From Bilabrum cf. latius (lineage: Eukaryota), in contig OZ237741.1 in NCBI GenBank assembly GCA_965178125.1, positions 1,116,001 to 1,180,000 on the forward strand: a stretch of DNA of 64,000 nucleotides. The letters are read 5' to 3'. A program made the position numbers and the translations under genes. Shown here one piece after another: positions 61,061-64,000 of this stretch (the first letter of the stretch is position 1; each line of letters begins with the position of its first letter). Under the pieces are notes generated by a model. The model worked only from the letters and a program-made list of their open reading frames with translations. It was not told the DNA's origin and ran no database searches.

Positions 61061-62341
61061 ATGAATTACCACTCGGTTTCTGATATAAGAATCTCTCAAC
61101 GAAGGGAGACAAATTCACTGCGTTCTGTCGGTAAGGATGATAACTGCAAGTGTACCGTGTTCCAATCTCGTGTTTTAAAGGGACATTATTTGACTCAGCC
61201 AATTAGTCTTCACCATTGTGCAGATATATAGGTAGGTACTAATCCATAGGCATCCGGTTCCTGCAAGGTCTAGTTGGGAAGCACGTTGGTCTTTTGTGCA
61301 GTGCAGGGGCCACGAGCAAGTGCAAGCAGCAATACTGGGGTCGTCCAGGACGATGCTATCATAAACTGCGAATGTCAGATCGTACCTTTTGCCATGAGCA
61401 GCCTGGAGGCACCATAGGAAGCTCGTGACCTGGCTCCACTAGAGCGACAAATCGCAGCCTTTGTTCGGCAGGCCGTCCTCGGATCGGTGCAGCTCGAGCT
61501 GTACCCCAAGAGCGTGATCGACATGTATCTCCTTGTTACCAGCGACAATGGTGGCGTCCTGAGCGCCGCGGTGACCGCGGCCTCGGCCGCACTGGTGGAC
61601 GCGGGCATTTGCTGCAAGGGCACAGTGGCGGCATGCCAGGCGGTCGCCCTCCCCTCCCAGGCACCCTCCCTTCCTAAGGGCAGGGCACCGGCATCATCAT
61701 CATCCTCGGCGTCAGACGGTGCAGCCTCCTCCTCGTCTTCCTCCGCGGGGGGGCGGAATAAAGGCACCGGTGCCGAGGCCGTGCTGGTGGACCCCGATGC
61801 CGTGGAGCTGAGGGCCTGCCGTGCTGCGAGGGCGAGGGCAGAAGCGGAGGCGTGCGGGCTGCGGGCATCGGGGAGGAGCGACGCGGCCAGTGGGGCAGGG
61901 TCGAGTGCATCGCATGGTGGTGCCTCTAGCTCGGCCCCTATGGAGGGCGACGGCAGCGAAGGACCCAAGTCAGGTTCCGCAACTCTCGCGGCGCCGTCGC
62001 ACAGCCTCGCGACCGTGGCCGTGCTGTGCCCCTCTAGACTCGTCACTGCCATGGAGTGCTCCGGGTCCACCGGCGCCGCGCGTCTTGCGGAACTTGCAGA
62101 GGCCGCATCAGAGGGCGCGGTGGCCCTTGGTGGGGTGGTGAGGACGGCGCTGGGCAGGCAGGCCGCGAGCAGGATACTGAGGCAGAGAGAGGTGGCAGGG
62201 GCGCTCGCCAAAGTGGTCAGGGGGCGGGCAGGGGTGGCTTCAGACGAGGACGACGCGGCTGCGGGGGTGGGTGCAGCGCACGATGCTGCGAAGGGTCAGG
62301 CGGACCCTGCGAGAGCCGGGCAGCTCGCGATGGTGTCTTGA
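61061..62341 (+). CDS. RNA exosome RNase PH-like subunit (Mtr3/Rrp41-like)
   Basis: ASGS..V*LGST.V.CAVQGPR, YPKSVID, DNGGVLSAAVTAASAALVDAGI; 5' exon boundary approximate. Confidence 0.75.
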
Positions 62342-62461
62342 GACTCGTGGCCTTTTCTTGAATAGTTCGCAATCAGCCAGCTTGACACGGATGACCGAAA
62401 AATTAAAAATTGCTCGTCTGGCAGCGTACCAAAGTACGGACGCTTACCTTCGAAATCCGAA

Positions 62462-64000
62462 TCACTGCCCGGCAACACGGCCGTAACCCCCCCCGTAAAA
62501 CTCCGCCTCGGCCTCGTCCTCCTCGCTCCCCACGTCCCTGTCTCCCATGGCCAGAGGGATCCCGCCCTTAGTGAACCGCTCCACGACCTCCCGCCCGTGC
62601 CGCATGGCGAACCGCCCCCCCTGCATCTCCAGCTGCCGCACCGTGGGCAGAGGGGCCTTCCTCCCCCTGCCCCTCCTCCTCCTGGTAGCGTCGGCCATGG
62701 GGCCCTATGTCTGTGCGCTGAGACTCTCTGGTCTGCACTCGGGGCAGCAGCAGCAGAAGCAGCAGCATACAAACCCGCAGGACACGCAACCAGCCACGTC
62801 ACCCACCCCCTCGAGGCACCCGGCGCACCCGTTGCCCTTGTGAGCCTCGCCGTGGGGGGCAGTCAGCAGCAGCACCAGGCACCCACAGACCAGCTCAGGC
62901 AGCGTGTAGAAGAACCAGGGGTAGAACGCCTGGCCCCACACGCCCTCCAGACGCAGGTTCCCGATCGGACCCAGCGCGAACAGCACCGCCCGCAGCGCGA
63001 AGAGAAAAGCGCACGCTACCATGATAGCCCCCACCCTTGTCATGGCAGCCTCGAGCAGCACCAGCAGCCTGGCCACCCGGCGCATCGTCGGCGTCTTGCC
63101 CCCCTCCCCTCTCCCTTCCCTGTCCTGCTCCTCTTCATCCTCGAACCACCCGAGAGCATCCCCGTCCCCGTCCCCGTCCACACCGGACCCCAGAGCCCCC
63201 GCCACACCAGCCTGCACCGACTGCACCATCGTGGACAGCAGAGCCACCGCCCCGCCGGCCCCGTCCTCCCGATTGGAGCCGCCACCGCTGGCCACCCTGT
63301 CTGCCGCCCGCTCCATCTCCCGCTCCAGACCGAACAGGGGATCCGACCACGGGCTCGCAGCTGCGCCCACCTGCCCCCCCGCACCCCGGGCGGACACGGA
63401 GCTCACCGAAGCGAAAGAAGCGCCCCGCAGACTACCCGCCACCGAGCCCCTGTGCCCCCCCAGCCCGCCCAGGGGCCCGCCTGCCGGCCCGAACGGAGAC
63501 CCCAGGCCGGTACCAGCCGCGGACCCGGCACCCGCTCGGCGGCCCATCCGGCCGGTCTCGCCCGCCAGCGCCCGGCGCCCCGAGAGCCTCGTTCCCCCGC
63601 CAAGATAGGAACCAGCCCCCACGTGGCTGTGCCCTGGTGTCCCTTTTGCGGGGGCACCCGCAGAGGAACCCCCGGGGGACGCACCCGCAGCGGTCCCCAA
63701 CCGGGGGACGGGCAGCTCCGGCCCCGTCATGGCAGCCCCTTGCGTGCTGCTGGGCTATGCGTCATCGTAATCAGCAGCAGCAGCAGCAGCCCGTCCGCGT
63801 TGTTCTATTCCCGCCGTCGTCGTCGTCTCCGCGCGCCGAACCGCCCGCAGCTCGATTCCCTTGCCGGATGCAGCAGCAGACCCCGGCCCGGGGACGCTCG
63901 TCACACCACCTTCTACCGATCCAAGCAGCGGCCGGCGGTGCTCCGGAGACCCCATTCCCTTCCCTCCCCCTCCCACACCTCGCACGGGTGTGTGACGAGC
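62462..64000 (-). CDS. Multi-pass membrane protein, 3' part (TOM1/GPR137-like region)
   Basis: ACAFLFALRAV...FYPWFFYTLPELV; three ORFs in one frame joined by TAG at 63755 and 62705. Confidence 0.5.

Overview
GC-rich, intron-poor eukaryotic (protist-like) chromosome segment carrying a complete ~28.1 kb AT-rich endogenous virophage (27574-55651). The virophage sits inside a degenerate Ngaro/DIRS-type retrotransposon (21527-57390). Host and virus both read TAG as a sense codon, almost certainly Gln. Joining the fragmented ORF track across TAG restores full-length genes that end in TAA or TGA. The virophage has the core virion module (Sputnik-like major capsid, penton, cysteine protease, packaging ATPase) and a TVpol-SF3 helicase instead of a protein-primed PolB. 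It carries both an rve integrase and a tyrosine recombinase, two C5 DNA methyltransferases, a TET/JBP-like dioxygenase-FkbM fusion, a SET protein, three RING proteins and a tRNA-Met. Both ends carry an identical perfect 58-bp palindrome, which suggests hairpin-telomere or palindromic att-site biology. Host genes: FN3-repeat protein, Nudix hydrolase, cyclic-nucleotide PDE, SET, bZIP, a Nup58-like protein, CK2 beta, aminotransferase, Rab28, two glycoside hydrolases, an exosome subunit and a membrane protein. All family calls come from motifs recognised by eye; no database searches were run.
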